A stretch of 64,000 bases of DNA from the human T2T-CHM13v2.0 reference genome, Homo sapiens. Position numbers and translations under genes: made by a program. This document shows positions 44,048 to 58,202 of the stretch, in pieces. The notes beneath the pieces are model-generated. The model saw only the letters and a list, made by a program, of their open reading frames with translations, searched no databases and had not been told where the DNA came from. Position 1 is the stretch's first letter. Each line of letters begins with the position of its first letter. The DNA lies in NCBI RefSeq assembly GCF_009914755.1, contig NC_060938.1. One strand, 5' to 3'.

Positions 44048-44422
44048 TTAAGTGAAAGGCACAAGTCCCAAGAGAATAATCTGGTTTCTATCAAAATTAA
44101 AAATTTTTCTGCCTCAAAACGATACTACCAAGCAAGGGAGAAGACAACTTATATATTAAGAATAATGTAGAATTATTAGAATTGGAGAAAATATTTCCAA
44201 ATCCTACACCACAGCCTGCATGAAAGTGTGACATCCTGTCTCACACGCAATTTTTTTTTAATCATCAATCAATTAGGTACTTATATCGAGGCTATGTAAA
44301 AAACTCTTATGACTCAATAATAAAAAGACAAACCCAATTTTAAAATGTGAAGAGGATCTAAATAGACATTACTCCAAAAAACATATGTAAATGACCAATA
44401 AGCACATTGAAAGATAACACAA

Positions 44423-44709
44423 ACCTGTAATCCAAGCACTTTGGGAAGCCTAGGCAGGTGGATTGCTTGAGCCCAGGAGTTTGACACCAGCCTGGGCAAT
44501 GTGAGGAAACCCCATCTCTACAAAAAAAAAAAAAAAAAATTCAAAAATTAGCCAGGTATGATGGTGCACACCTATAGTCCCAGCTACTCAACACCTGAGG
44601 CAGGAGGATCACCTGAGCCAGAAAGATTGAGGCTGCACTGAGCCCAGATCATGCCACTGGACTCTAACCTGAGTGACAGAGTAAGACTCTGTCTCAAAAA
44701 AAAAAAAAA
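44423..44709 (+). mobile_element. AluJ, 5'-truncated
   Basis: gattgcttgagcccaggagttt...cagcctgggcaa; A-tail. Confidence 0.85.
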
Positions 44710-46384
44710 GTGTAAGGTAAGAGAACATCAATAGTCACTAGAGAAATATAAAACAAAACAAAAAAAATACCAAAATGAGATACCACTTCACACCTATTTA
44801 CGATGGCTAACATCAAGAAGACAGTAAGTTGGCAGCAATGTGGAGAATTTGAACACTTATAATGTGCTGCTGGAATATAAAATGGTACAGCTACTTGGGA
44901 AAACAACTGGTCAGTTTCCTAAAAGTTCAGTGTAAATGTACCCTATTCCTAGTAATTATACTCCTAGGCATATATACAATGTATGAGATATTAAGGTATA
45001 TGTCTAGACAAAAACTTGCTCAAGTATGGTCACTGTAGCATTATTCATAACAGCAAAAAATGAAAACAACAGAATCATCAAGTGATGATTAGACAAACAG
45101 GTGGTACGTTCATAGAATACTTAATGCTCAGCAGTAGAAAGGAGCTACTGATACACACAACAAGCCCAATGAGCCTGAGGTGAATTATGCTCAGTGAAAA
45201 AAAACTAATTTCTATAGGAAATACATTATATATTCAATTTCTATATCATAATTCAGAGATGGGGTAATAAAAGCATCCTAAAATTAGATTGTGATGATGG
45301 TTGTAAAATCATTTTAAAAAAATTTTAAGACTGTAAATTTACTATCAGTGAATTAAATAGACAGGTGAATTTTATGGTGCATCAATTATACCTCAATAAA
45401 GCTGCTAAAAATTAATCTTTTCACTACAATGAGAATAAAACAAAGATTAACAGAAAACAAAATGTGTGTGTTCATGTACGTATTATTTTCCCTTTTATCC
45501 CTACATTGTGAAGAGTATTCCAATGATATTGGTTATTTCCTTTCAAAAGTCTAAAAAAAATTGGCTCCAAAGGGTACCACTCTTTATCCTTTTTTTCTCT
45601 TCAAATGAAATGGCTAAACTTCCCTAAAGGAAGTTGAAATCCTTCTCATTCTCCAAGGGCTCATCTAAATGCCCTCTCCCTCATGAAATTCTTCCTGAAC
45701 TATAAAGGAATCCAACCCCTAATGAACATTCGCAGCACTTTCTCTGAACCATTCTTACAGCAGGGATGTGAGGCTCTTGCTATGGTCATTTTACAAACTT
45801 TTCTCCCTTCCATGAGACTCCGAGAACTCCAAAGCCATAATGCTTATACACAGTTGTGTATCCCCTCCCCACCTAATTCTGTGCCCAAAAATGCCATGCC
45901 TATTCAATGACATTAGGTCATTAATCCTACTCATAATGCTTGGAAGTGGGGGCAGATCTATGAACTTACATAGAAAACAAGTAGCTGATCTGAAAACAAA
46001 AAACAAGTCTCTACTTTTTCAGCTCAATGAACTTTTCTTGGATTATATAAATATCTAAGCAGCCCATCTGAAAATGTCTTACATCGTATTCTCAAAGAAA
46101 ATAAAAGAGAAACCATTAAAGTGTATTAAAATCTAGCAAAACGGGATTAGGAAGCCAGCCAGCGATCAAGGAAGCAAAGCAATCACTAATCTAGATGCTT
46201 CTTTGGCTCTAAGAAAGATCTGCAATAAAACAAAACTAATAAAACATGAATACACAAAATTAATGACAGCATAAATTTAAATGAATTGTGCTAACCGAGA
46301 ATTTTAAAAATATATTAACATAAGCTGAATATTCAAATTTATATGAATAAACCATCGATGGGCATGAAGGGAGAAAACAGCTCA

Positions 46385-46611
<227 letters not shown>

Positions 46612-46837
46612 TTAAAAAGCAAAATCATCACTTCCTTATTGTGGCTTAATAAAGGCATACATGGTCTTTTGTAATATGTGATTTTAAAATGACTTAATAC
46701 TACAGCACCCTATTCACATGTAAGAAGTTCTAAACCTGACACCAATCCAAAGGGCCACAATGAAAAGTATATTAAATATATGACTTTAAAAACTACACAA
46801 AAGGAGAGAAAAATGTCTGATTTCTTGCATTATTGTC

Positions 46838-47650
46838 TTTTTTTTAATTATACTTTAAGTTTTAGGGTACATGTGCACAACGTGCAGGTTTGTTACATAA
46901 GTATACATGTGCCATGTTGGTGTGCTGCACCCATTAACTCATCATTTAGCATTAGGTATATCTCCTAATGCTATCCCTCCCCCTTCCCCCCACCCCACAA
47001 CAGTCCCCAGAGTGTGATGTTCCCCTTCCTGTGTTCATGTGTTCTCATTGTTCAATTCCCACCTATGAGTGAGAACATGTGGTGTTTGGTTTTTTGTCCT
47101 TGCAATAGTTTGCTGAGAATGATGGTTTCCAGCTACATCCATGTCTCTACAAAGGACATGGACTCATCATTTTTTATGGCTGCATAGTATTCCATGGTGT
47201 ATATGTGCCACATTTTCTTAATCCAGTCTATCATTATTGGACATTTGGGTTGGTTCCAAGTCTTTGCTATTGTGAATAGTGCCACAGTAAACATTTATGC
47301 AGCCAAAAGACACATGAAAAAATGCTCATGATCACTGGCCATCAGAGAAATGCAAATCAAAACCACAGTGAGATACCATCTCACACCAGTTAGAATGGCG
47401 ATCATTAAAAAGTCAGGAAACAACAGGTGCTGGAGAGGATGTGGAGAAAGAGGAACACTTTTACACTGTTGGTGGGACTGTAAACTAGTTCAACCATTGT
47501 GGAAGTCAGTGTGGTGATTCCTCAGGGATCTAGAACTAGAAATACCATTTGACCCAGCCATCCCATTATTGAGTATATACCCAAAGGATTATAAATCATG
47601 CTGCTATAAAGACACACGCACACGTATGTTTATTGCGGCACTATTCACAA
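46838..47650 (-). mobile_element. L1PA4-like element with 5' inversion (antisense 46838-47294, sense ~47291-47650)
   Basis: Junction gtaaacat|ttatgcagcc; the ~24-nt segment tgttta(c/t)tg(t/c)ggcactattcacaa occurs in both parts. Confidence 0.9.
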
Positions 47651-47664
47651 CCAGTATTTCTTAA

Positions 47665-47850
47665 GCTCTTACTGATCAGGCACTGGTCAAGGTACTCCAT
47701 TTCATACAGTAATCTTTGCAACGGCCCTTAAGGCATAATTATGACCATTTTATAGTTAAGGAAACTAAGAAAGTATTAATTTCCTATGACTAGTAAAGAA
47801 AACTCTTGACTCTAAATCCAGGACTTTTTCTATCTTGTATAGCTGCCTAC
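47665..47850 (-). mobile_element. MIR
   Basis: caggcactg...taatctttgcaac...ccattttatagttaaggaaact. Confidence 0.6.
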
Positions 47851-49737
47851 CACTTGTCCCAATCTGGAAAATTATCTTATCCTTACTTTTTAAAGTACTT
47901 TCTAGAAACAGATTGCCCAACATTACAGACGTGGCAGCCCCCTCACTGAACCTGCGCAAACAAAAAAGAGGAGGCAAGCGTGTTGTCATGAGACATCTCT
48001 GGGCTGGCTGAGGAGGGGGGTCAACCAAGTTGGGTGTCCAGACTTCTACTGTACTGAACTTTGGGGGAACATTAAAGTATCAGGGAAATGCCTTCTTATC
48101 ACACTGCATGTGACACAGCTTGGCTCATTCAGTCATAGTCTATCTTCACCCCACTTTCTGGGGTTGACTAATTTAATGAGTAAACAGATTTTTTTAAGTA
48201 GTTTTTGTTGTTAATTAACTTGGTCCAAGCAGCCTGGGTACAAAAACACAGTGTTGTGCCCGTGTTCACATTGCCCTCTACAGCCAATGCAGGGTGAATC
48301 AGCTAGATTTTTTCTTTTTCTTTTGTTTTGTTTTTTTACTTTCTTTTCTTTTTCTTTTTTTTTTCAATCCAGCTGGGATTTCTGGCAGGTAAACATCATA
48401 GTTTCTTCTGCACAGAAGAGATGAGTAATAAAAGGTAAGTAACAAAACAGTCTGGTTAAGACTGTTAGCTCAAAAGAACATAAAGCCATTCTGCAAAAGT
48501 ATAGCCACCCAAAGTCATTCTGCCTTGAGGTGTTTCCAAACAGTGATTGGGAAAGGACGCAAAAAAATGTAAAGTTTTTTTCTTCTCTTCAAGTTTCCTG
48601 CTAAACCTATCTTAACATTGGATCACTAATATCAGGTTCCACTGTTTATGTAACTAGAATGGTAACCAATGGATTTTGCAGACTCATATTCCCAATCCAG
48701 AAAATCAAAGACCTGTTTCAACAAGACAAAATTAAACCTGATTCTATTCCTCAGCTCCATCTACCCTTGATGGCTGGGGAACTCTTTTAACAGAAGTGAG
48801 AAGCAGCTACCTACTATTAATTTGAACATTTTACTCCTGAAATTGGTAAATTGCATTACCAAATAGCATGAATTAATGAGTTAGTTCACTATCTCAAAAG
48901 AGAAAAGTGATTTCAAATAGTTCCAAGGGTCCTTTGTTCCACAGACACACAATCTGAGTCAGCCTTGCCCAAAATTATTGTGTGGATGTGATCCCTTTCT
49001 GGGAAATAAGAAAGTGTATTTATTCATTCATTTTGTGGGTATTTATTGAAAGCTTTCTAAGTACAAAGCACTGTGCTAATGCCTAATCACCTCTGGTGAA
49101 GTAACTTCTCAAATTGACTTCAAGCCAGTGACAAAATTCTATTTGAAATTTGATGTTCAGGAAGATGCTGCTGAGTGAGCCAGTTCGAAGAATTTTCCCC
49201 TGGTAGAGAGAATTTTCATACACGAAAAGTAAAAGGTACAGTAAAGAATGTCTGGTTTAAATAATAAGATTGATAACAGAACTCATCTCGACAGTTAACG
49301 AACTTCCCAGAGAGGCTATAAATTACATCATGCCTTGAAATGTTCTCCTAAGCCACGCTTGAAGACAGTTTTACCACTTTTGCAAAATTTTCTCTTGAAA
49401 GCAAAACAGTTTTGATATAACTACTACTTTAAATAAAAGTACTACCAAGAAGAGAACTATCCACGGTAATATTACCAAAAGAAAAAAAAAAGAAAGAAAT
49501 TGTTAAAATGCAATCTATATGTCATTCTCAAGCCTCTAGTAAATACAGACCTTAATGTTAGAGAAGGATATTGACAATGAGAACTCCAATATACTGCCAA
49601 TGGTAGTGAAAAATAGTCCAATAATTACAGAAAACTTTAGCTTAATTTTCTACAGTTGAAGATACACACTTCCTATGATCCAGCTAATAGAAATGCATGT
49701 ACATGTGAACCAGGAGAGAGAAACCATATGGTCATAG

Positions 49738-50565
<828 letters not shown>

Positions 50566-50654
50566 TAATAGTAACATTACCCCTAACAGCCCCAAACTGG
50601 AAGTAAACCAAAATGTTTATCTGTTGTAGAATGTTTAAGTAAGTGATGGTTCGA

Positions 50655-50955
50655 GTCAGGCGCAGTGGCTCAGGACTATAATCCCAACACTGTGGGAGGC
50701 CGAGGCAGGCAGTATCGCTTGAGCTCAGGAGTTCAAGACCAGCCTGGGCAACATGGCAAAACCCTGTCTCCACCAAAAAACAAACAACAGACAAAAAAAT
50801 CCATAAAATTAGCCAGGCATGGTGGCACGAGCCTGTGGTCCTAGCTACTGAGGAGGCTGAGGCGGGAAGATTTCTTGAGCCGGGGCGGCAGAGGCTGCAG
50901 TGAGCGGAGATGGTGCACTGCACTCCAACCTGAGTGATAGCGACCCTATCTCAAT
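50655..50955 (+). mobile_element. AluJ
   Basis: tcgcttgagctcaggagttcaagaccagcctgggcaacatggc. Confidence 0.85.
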
Positions 50956-51508
50956 CTTTTTAAGAAGTAATGGTTCATTCATACAGTGTACCAGTATAGA
51001 GCAGTAAAAAATTGTCAGAATACAGATATATGCAACAACATGACTTTCACAAACTTACTGTTGAATAAAGAAACCATCCAAACGTATAATAGTATGATTT
51101 CATTTATGCAAAGAACAAAAACAAGCAAAATTTAATACTGTACTATTGTTTAGAGGTGCATGCTGAGTTATTAAATTGTAAAGAAAAACAAGGAAGTGAT
51201 GATCATAAAGAAGAAAGAGTGTTATGATTAGAGGGAGGGAGGGCCAGAGAGTGATGGCGATGGGGCATGTGAGGAGATTCTAGGATGCAATATTCTATTT
51301 CTTGACCTCAGTGGTAGTTACAATGATGTTTTTCCATTATGATCTTTTATTAAGATGTACATTTATGTATTATGCATGTTTCCATACAATTCACAATAAG
51401 GAAACTTCTGTGTTTATTCACTGATACTGACTTGTAGTATATTTTATAGACCAACAACTATTGTCCAAGTGGACAATATTTCAGGATTAGGCAAAAATAG
51501 TCACTATT

Positions 51509-51790
51509 GGCCAGGCACAGGTGGTTCAGGACGGTAATCTCAGCATTTTGGGAGGCCAAGGCATGAGGATTAATTCAGCCCAGAAGTTCAAGACCAGCCT
51601 GGGCAATATAGGAAGACTCCTCCTCTACAAATAATTTTGAAATTTTCTTGGTGTGGTGGCACATGCCACATAGTGGTCCCAGCTACCTAGGAGGCTGAGG
51701 CAGGATTGCCTGAGCTGGGGAGGTCAATGCTGCAGTGAGCCATGATTGTGCCACTGCACTCTAGCCTGGGCAACAGAGCGAGACCCTGAA

Positions 51791-51845
<55 letters not shown>

Positions 51846-51862
51846 GAGAGAGAGAGAGAGAG
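51509..51862 (+). mobile_element. AluJ followed by a compound (GT)n(AT)n(GA)n microsatellite (51793-51862)
   Basis: Alu dimer to ~51790, then dinucleotide arrays ending about 120 bp upstream of the OR11G ATG. Confidence 0.88.
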
Positions 51863-51979
51863 TCACTGTTGATAGATGTGCTTATTGCATTCCCAGAGAT
51901 GGCTTAAATATAAATGAGTTCACTTCTATCTTTTCACTGCCATCCAGTAATTGCTCGTGATTTTACAGGTCACAGGCAC

Positions 51980-52895
51980 ATGAAAATCTTCAACACCCCC
52001 AGCAACTCCAGCACCTTCACTGGCTTCATCCTCCTGGGCTTCCCTTGCCCCAGGGAGGGACAGATCCTCCTCGTTGTGCTCTTCACTGTTGTTTACCTCC
52101 TGACCCTCATGGGCAATGGTTCCATCAACTGTGCTGTGCACTGGGTCAGAGACTCCATGCCCCCATGTACATCCTGCTCGCCAACTTCTCCTTCCTGGAG
52201 ATCTGTTATGTCACCTCTACAGTCCCCAACGTGCTGGCCAACTTCCTCTCTGACACAAGATCATCTCGTTCTCTGGCTGCTTCCTCCAATTCTACTTTTT
52301 TTTCTCCTTGGGCTCTACAGAATGCTTTTTCCTGGGAGCTATGGCATTTGACCTATACCTTGCCATCTGCCGGCCTCTACGCTATCCAACCATTATGACC
52401 AGACGTCTCTGCAACATTCTTGTGGGCAGCTGCTGGGTACTTGGTTTCTTGTGGTTCCTGATTCCTATCAGTGTCATTTCTCAAATGACCTGTGGATCTA
52501 GGATTATTGACCACTTCCTATGTGACCCAGGTCCTCTGTTAGCCCTCACCTGTACCAGAGCCCCTCTACTAGAGTTGACTAGCTCCACCTTAAGTTCTCT
52601 ACTTCTATTTATTCCCTTTCTCTTCATCGTGGGGTGCTATGCTCTGGTCCTGAGAGCTGTGTTGAGGGTTCCTTCAGCATCTGGAAGAAGAAAGGCTTTC
52701 TCTACCTGTGGCTCCCACCTGGCTGTAGTTTCACTGTTTATGGCTCAATGATGATCACGTATGTGAGCCCAACATCTGGGCATGAATTCGGAATGCAGAA
52801 GACTGTGACTCTGTTCTATTCTGTGGTCACTCCCCTTATTAATCCTGTCATATACAGTCTGAGGAACAAGGAAATGAAACATGCAATGAGGAACT
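51980..52895 (+). pseudogene. OR11G1P: Olfactory receptor family 11 subfamily G pseudogene
   Basis: MKIFNTPSNSSTFTGFILLGF, LHAPMYILLANFSFLEI, MAFDLYLAICRPLRY, KAFSTCGSHL and PLINPVIYSLRNK lie in four successive ORF pieces (frameshifts near 52145, 52259, 52739); acceptor ttttacAG at 51967-51968. Confidence 0.9.
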
Positions 52896-53012
52896 ACACT
52901 GTAATGTTTTATTTTCTAGAATTCATAGGGCTACAAGAGATGTCAAAGATGTATTCTATCTCTTTAATTTTCCAAATGATGGGCCTGTAAATTGAAAAAA
53001 TTTGGTTGAGTT

Positions 53013-53972
53013 TGTTGGGGAAATATAATTAAAAACAAATCTCTTACCAACCCAGAAAACTTCTCCACAAAGGTATAAGAGAAAGAAAGTAGTTTTATTA
53101 TTGAATAAGTATTAAACCAGAATGTGATACATGTCACAGACAATCCACTGAGAGACTGCAAGGACAGAAAGACATCTCACCCTTTTGTATAGCAAAGTAA
53201 ATACAACCCAATACATGCATGTTCTCAAAATAAACAATAACTAGTCCTCAAGTCACACATAGTTCATCCTGGGTTCACCTGGTAATTGGAGTGGCCATTG
53301 GTATTTGTTCATTGACTTTATACAAAGGAAAAATAAATTCATATCTTTACGACAGGAAATAGTTTTGCAATTTAATGACTAGACTGCCAAAATTGGCTTC
53401 TACCCTTTCACAGAAACTGGGAGATGGGAGCACTAACTTCCTTTTTCGAGGTCCTTGAGAAAGATATTCCTGGGTCATAAAGCTAGCCAGAGGCTTTGTT
53501 TAGCTTTTGCAAAAATTTATAGGCCAGATGCAGTTGCTCACACCTCTAATACCAGCACTTTGGGAGCCTGAGGCAAAAGGATCACTTGAGGCCAGGAGTT
53601 CAAGACCAGCTTGGACTCAAACCAGCCTGGGCAACATAGTGAGATCCACTTCTACAAAATAATTGTTTTAATTACCTGGGTGTGGCACACATTTGTAGCC
53701 TTAGCTACTCAGAAGGCTGAGGTGGGAAAATTGCTTGAGCCCAAAAGTTCAAGGCTGCAACAAGTTATGACCGCACCATTGCACTCCAGGCTGAGCAGGA
53801 GTGAGACCCAATCCCTAAGATAAGGAAAAAAAAATTTACATACATCTTTCCAAAAAAATTATAGGTTTTCTAAAGTAAATGCTCTATGCAAAGGAGAGAA
53901 GAAAGTCTCTTCCCTTATTTTCAACAGGGATCATTAAGCCTTTTATTTTTTTTATTTGTATTTGCCCTTACA
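53013..53972 (-). mobile_element. ERV1-class solo LTR (MER89-like, tentative) containing an AluJ (53522-53833 +)
   Basis: TG...CA termini with perfect 4-bp TSD agtt (53009-53012, 53973-53976); Alu flanked by aaaaattta. Confidence 0.75.
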
Positions 53973-54179
53973 AGTTACACATGGTCATAACCTTAGGGCA
54001 AAACCTAAAGTTTTCTATTTCCCTTTCAGCAACAATAAGTTCACTTTATTTCTTTAATTGAGCTTATATTTCTGTCTTCCAGAATATTCTTCATGGTAAT
54101 ATTATTATAGACAAAAGATTAGTATCTTTGATATGTCAATATATCTTCAGATCAATAAGAAAAATACCATTAGCACAAC

Positions 54180-54246
54180 CATAAAAATTCTAGAAGATAA
54201 CATCGGAAAATCCCTTCTAGACATTGGCTTAGGCAAAGACTTCATG
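54180..54246 (+). mobile_element. 67-bp internal L1PB-like ORF2 fragment without poly(A)
   Basis: cataaaaattctagaagataacatcggaaaatcccttctagacattggcttaggcaaagacttcatg between perfect 14-bp repeats accattagcacaac. Confidence 0.85.
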
Positions 54247-54260
54247 ACCATTAGCACAAC

Positions 54261-55020
54261 AGGAAGAGTGTCAAATATCTGAAAAAAGCCAACAGTAAAA
54301 AGCTTTTAAGCAAGTAAAAAGACACTCTGTTTTATCATAAGGCAAGAAAAGCAAATAAAACTATAATAAATATACATGTTTTTCCCCAAAATTAACAAAG
54401 ATCAAAAATGAAGTTGGAAAAAATGGCAGTTTTTGCCAGTAGAGCATACATTGGTACAACATCTATGGAGGACATCTTGCAATAATTATCAAAATTTAAA
54501 AGTCATTTCCTGTGATTCAACAACTCCAAAATCCTAGACGCTTATCTTACTGGTATACTCACACAAGAAAAATGACACATGTACAAGAATATTGACTACT
54601 GCTTCTAATAGCAAAAGATTGGATCTATCTAAATTCCCACTAAGAACTGATCAGGTAAATTAGTGTATAATCATAGGGTGGAATACTATGTAACTTTTTA
54701 AAATGAGGATCTGTATGTATCTTTTAATATGAATGTATCCTTATGCTATATTGTTAAAAAGCAAGGTGGAGGAATGCTCTATCTGCCTCTCTTTCATATG
54801 AAGAAGAAAGATTGTACAGATATGTACATATTTATGTTCATAAATACACAATATGTTTCTTGAAGAAGAAACTAGTAACAGTGATTGCTGTTAGTAAGGA
54901 GAATTGGGTTTCTGGGGGCAGAGAGAGGAATATTCCCCTTGACATGCCTTTGTATTTTTAAAATGTTGTTCTATGTGCATGTATTGCGTTTAAACAACAT
55001 CTAACGTTAACATTAAAAAA
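54261..55020 (+). mobile_element. L1ME-like 3' fragment
   Basis: attggtacaacatctatggag, tggaatactatg; highly diverged. Confidence 0.55.
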
Positions 55021-55317
55021 TAAATGTTAAAACTATCTCACCATAAAATTAGAAACAGGGAAACATTTCTTCATAACTATTTGATCCTTTAGGAAACTAG
55101 GAAGAGAGCTGATTATTGATGGAAAATGAAAAAAGAAGGCAATTGACACACTCTTAGTGACATCTCACTCAAATGCTTTGGCTTTGTTAGGAAGAAATAG
55201 GAAAGGTCCTCCTTCCTTGAGGACCTGTGAGAATAAATAAACCATGAAAAACTGAAGTTGGTCATTTTTTATCATTGTGTATCATCTTCATGGCCACTTT
55301 TTTATTTTAAAAATTAG

Positions 55318-55560
55318 ACTCATTCAGTATTCTAGGCCCTGAGCTAGAGGGTGAATCATACACATAAGTGAACAAAACACAGTTCCTTCCCTTGTGGGGC
55401 CCATAAGCCAGTGGGAGGCCGGTAGCAGATGCCCCAAGATATGCTACCAACCAGGGCCATTATAAATTGCTATGGGAGCAAGTAGAAGAACAGCACAGAT
55501 AAAAGCCAGGAGTATTAAGGGATGAGGGAACAGGTCAAGTTCTGAAAACTGCATATAGAC
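55318..55560 (-). mobile_element. L2 fragment
   Basis: aggccctgagctag...gtgaacaaaacacagttccttccctt. Confidence 0.55.
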
Positions 55561-56699
55561 ATCCTCAGATTACTGTCTATTTAGAAGCATATCACAATAT
55601 ACAGAATGAAAGTGTTCTATGGATACGTGGAATAAGTATCCATACAGCATTTACTATCCATCATAATTTATAATTAGCCACACCTATTGACTTATTAATG
55701 GGCATCCTTAATCAAATAAGTATGGCTCAAAGATGTAATATAATTTACAATTCAACGAACAATTAAATAGAGACATATAGATAGATGAAAAGAAAAAGAG
55801 GGCAATAAATATGTCATTTGGGTATTGAAATATGAAAATCAGTATTCAAAACACATTAAAGTTCAAATATTATACTGATATTTAAAATATTACACTCAGA
55901 ACTCGTTTTCCTTTGAGACAATCACATTATCTGGAGTGTACCTTGTGTATCTGACCTTCTTTTATGAATTCAGTATTTAGCTTTCTTTTTAACTCCAAGG
56001 GACACAGTGACATTTATTTCTATTCAAGAAAGACTTATTTAATGCAATGGATCTTTTTGTTCACAATAAGAAAAAATAGCTTACTCTTTTATCAATACAT
56101 AAATAATACTCACTGTAATAATTATCAAACAGTATAATATAAAAAATATTTAGAAATCATCTAAAATCCCACCACTCTGAGTAATCACCATTGATTTTAG
56201 TGAACCTCTTCCATGTATGCTTTCATACACACATGCACACACACATACTCACAAGTGCAATTGGAAGTGCTGTAGATGCTGATTTTTTAGACTCCTCTGT
56301 TTTTTCCTTACTACTTCCCCCCACCACCACCACTTCTTCCCCAATCTGCTTTTCACTCTACCACCTTCCATCTATGCTAGATAAGCAGCATTAACAACCC
56401 AGTATATTCTTTCATACTATTCTCCATGCTTCTAATTCTATATAAATATTTATTATCATATATCAGGTTTTTTCATTATCTTACAAAAATCAAATTATAT
56501 CACATAGTCTTCTCTATATCTTGCTTTTGCATTTAACCTTACAATATGCAAATCCCTCCAAAATAAGATTAGGTATACCAAGTATTTTTACTTCATATAG
56601 TAGGCCAGAAATAAATAATTAAGAAAACCAGGGTCCTTTGACAGGGCAGGAAGAACTGTTCCTGAGCTTTGGCTAATACTCATTCCATAAAAAAAAAAC

Positions 56700-57790
56700 T
56701 GAAGATAGGTTTTAAGTTCATATTGAGTAAGGTGTAATTGACAAAGTTTAAAACTAGAGTCTTTATGGAGGATATCATTATGATATTGTGATTTGTCATC
56801 TTCATTTATACTAAATGGTCAGATATGAGATTCACACACATCATCATATGGTTTCACAGAACAGAGACACCACTATTAAGTGAGACCCACGGATAGAAAA
56901 GGCATTTTGATGGCTAGCTGCTGAAAGCAGCTGAAGCATAGCTCTTAGGATCAACGTATATGGTCCAGGGATGTACAAAATACTGAGAATGATAATAAGA
57001 AAATTTACATAGTGCATGTTCTGAGATGTGGCATCGGTGTAGGGAAAGGCTGTCAGCGGGCCCATGTGTTGTATAATGGATGTTATAATGTGCTGCCCAG
57101 AGCTTTCCTTCAGGCCTGAGGCATGCATTCCCCCAGCTGCCAGAAGTATAGTACGCTGATGACTAGATCATAGCTAAATCCCTTGCCAGAAGTTGCCCTA
57201 AGCCAAAGGGACTTGTCATTGATTTTCCCTCCTTCCAGGGGCAGCTCAAATCCAACAGTTGGTCAATGCTGGTGTACAAAGGCCTGACACTTGGTGACAA
57301 GTATAAATGGCCATCCCAGTTCCAGAGCTCCACATGGCATCAGCTGAGACTTTTGCTGCAACTTCATCACAATTCAACTTCTGCCCGATCCTACTTTCAT
57401 CACTCCCTTATAGGTATTGTTCTCAAGAGAACTCCACAAGAAACCTTATGCATACAAATGATAGGATCTGTTTCCAGGGAACCCAACCTACAACATCGTG
57501 TCACTTAGAAAGAAAGTTTCAAAAGAAAAAAAAAGACACTTCATGGTGTGTCTCTCTTGGCTGGTCAATTTCCTTAAACATTCGATCTCTATTTTCATCA
57601 GTCATGAGGATAAGGTAGTGCAGTGGGTGGCAGATGGCCAAGTGCTGACCACTGTCCATGACAGAGTGAATTGTGATGAAGCCATGCTAGCAATATTTCA
57701 AAATGAAGATTGTTATCAATCACATTGTACAGTTTCTCCTGCCACATATTCCTGAGTAGAAGTATCCCTAAAAAGTTGTCAGATTGTTCC
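56700..57790 (-). pseudogene. OR11P1P: Highly decayed olfactory receptor pseudogene (family 11-like), split by an LTR
   Basis: Minus-strand MDSGQHLAICHPLHYLILMT (~57600-57660), YTLILRAMLQLLSAASHQNAFSIRGSHLIVVSLF (~56860-56960) and LVLNFVNYTLLN; symbol from recalled gene order and less certain than the OR call. Confidence 0.75.
57072..57495 (+). mobile_element. LTR16C-like ERVL solo LTR
   Basis: gtgctgcccagagctttccttcaggcctgaggc ... tctgtttccagggaacccaacctacaaca. Confidence 0.7.
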
Positions 57791-58202
57791 TATTTTGTTA
57801 CTATTTAAATTGATTCATTTCACAAGTGTAAATGAACTGCTAGAATAAAGTGAGTAGGCTGTAAAATATAATACAAATAACAATTGATAATCCAGTCTAC
57901 TAATTTAAATATAGATAGATGATTAGATAGATAGTTGAGATAGAGATCTGATATATACAAGCATATATACTTGAGAAAATACAAAAAATATTTCTCAAGA
58001 GATGTCACAAACTATAAATATACCACTGGAGAAGCTCTCACATTTTACTTCAGTGATAGAGTCTCATGAAATAGGTTTTGGGTTATGAAAGGACCTTTAT
58101 ATTTACAATATACATCTATTTCTATCTCAAGGTAAATGCCCTGTAGAGATCCAAAATTCTTATTTGTTAAATAATTTTATAAATTATCTTATCTGTGGCA
58201 TC

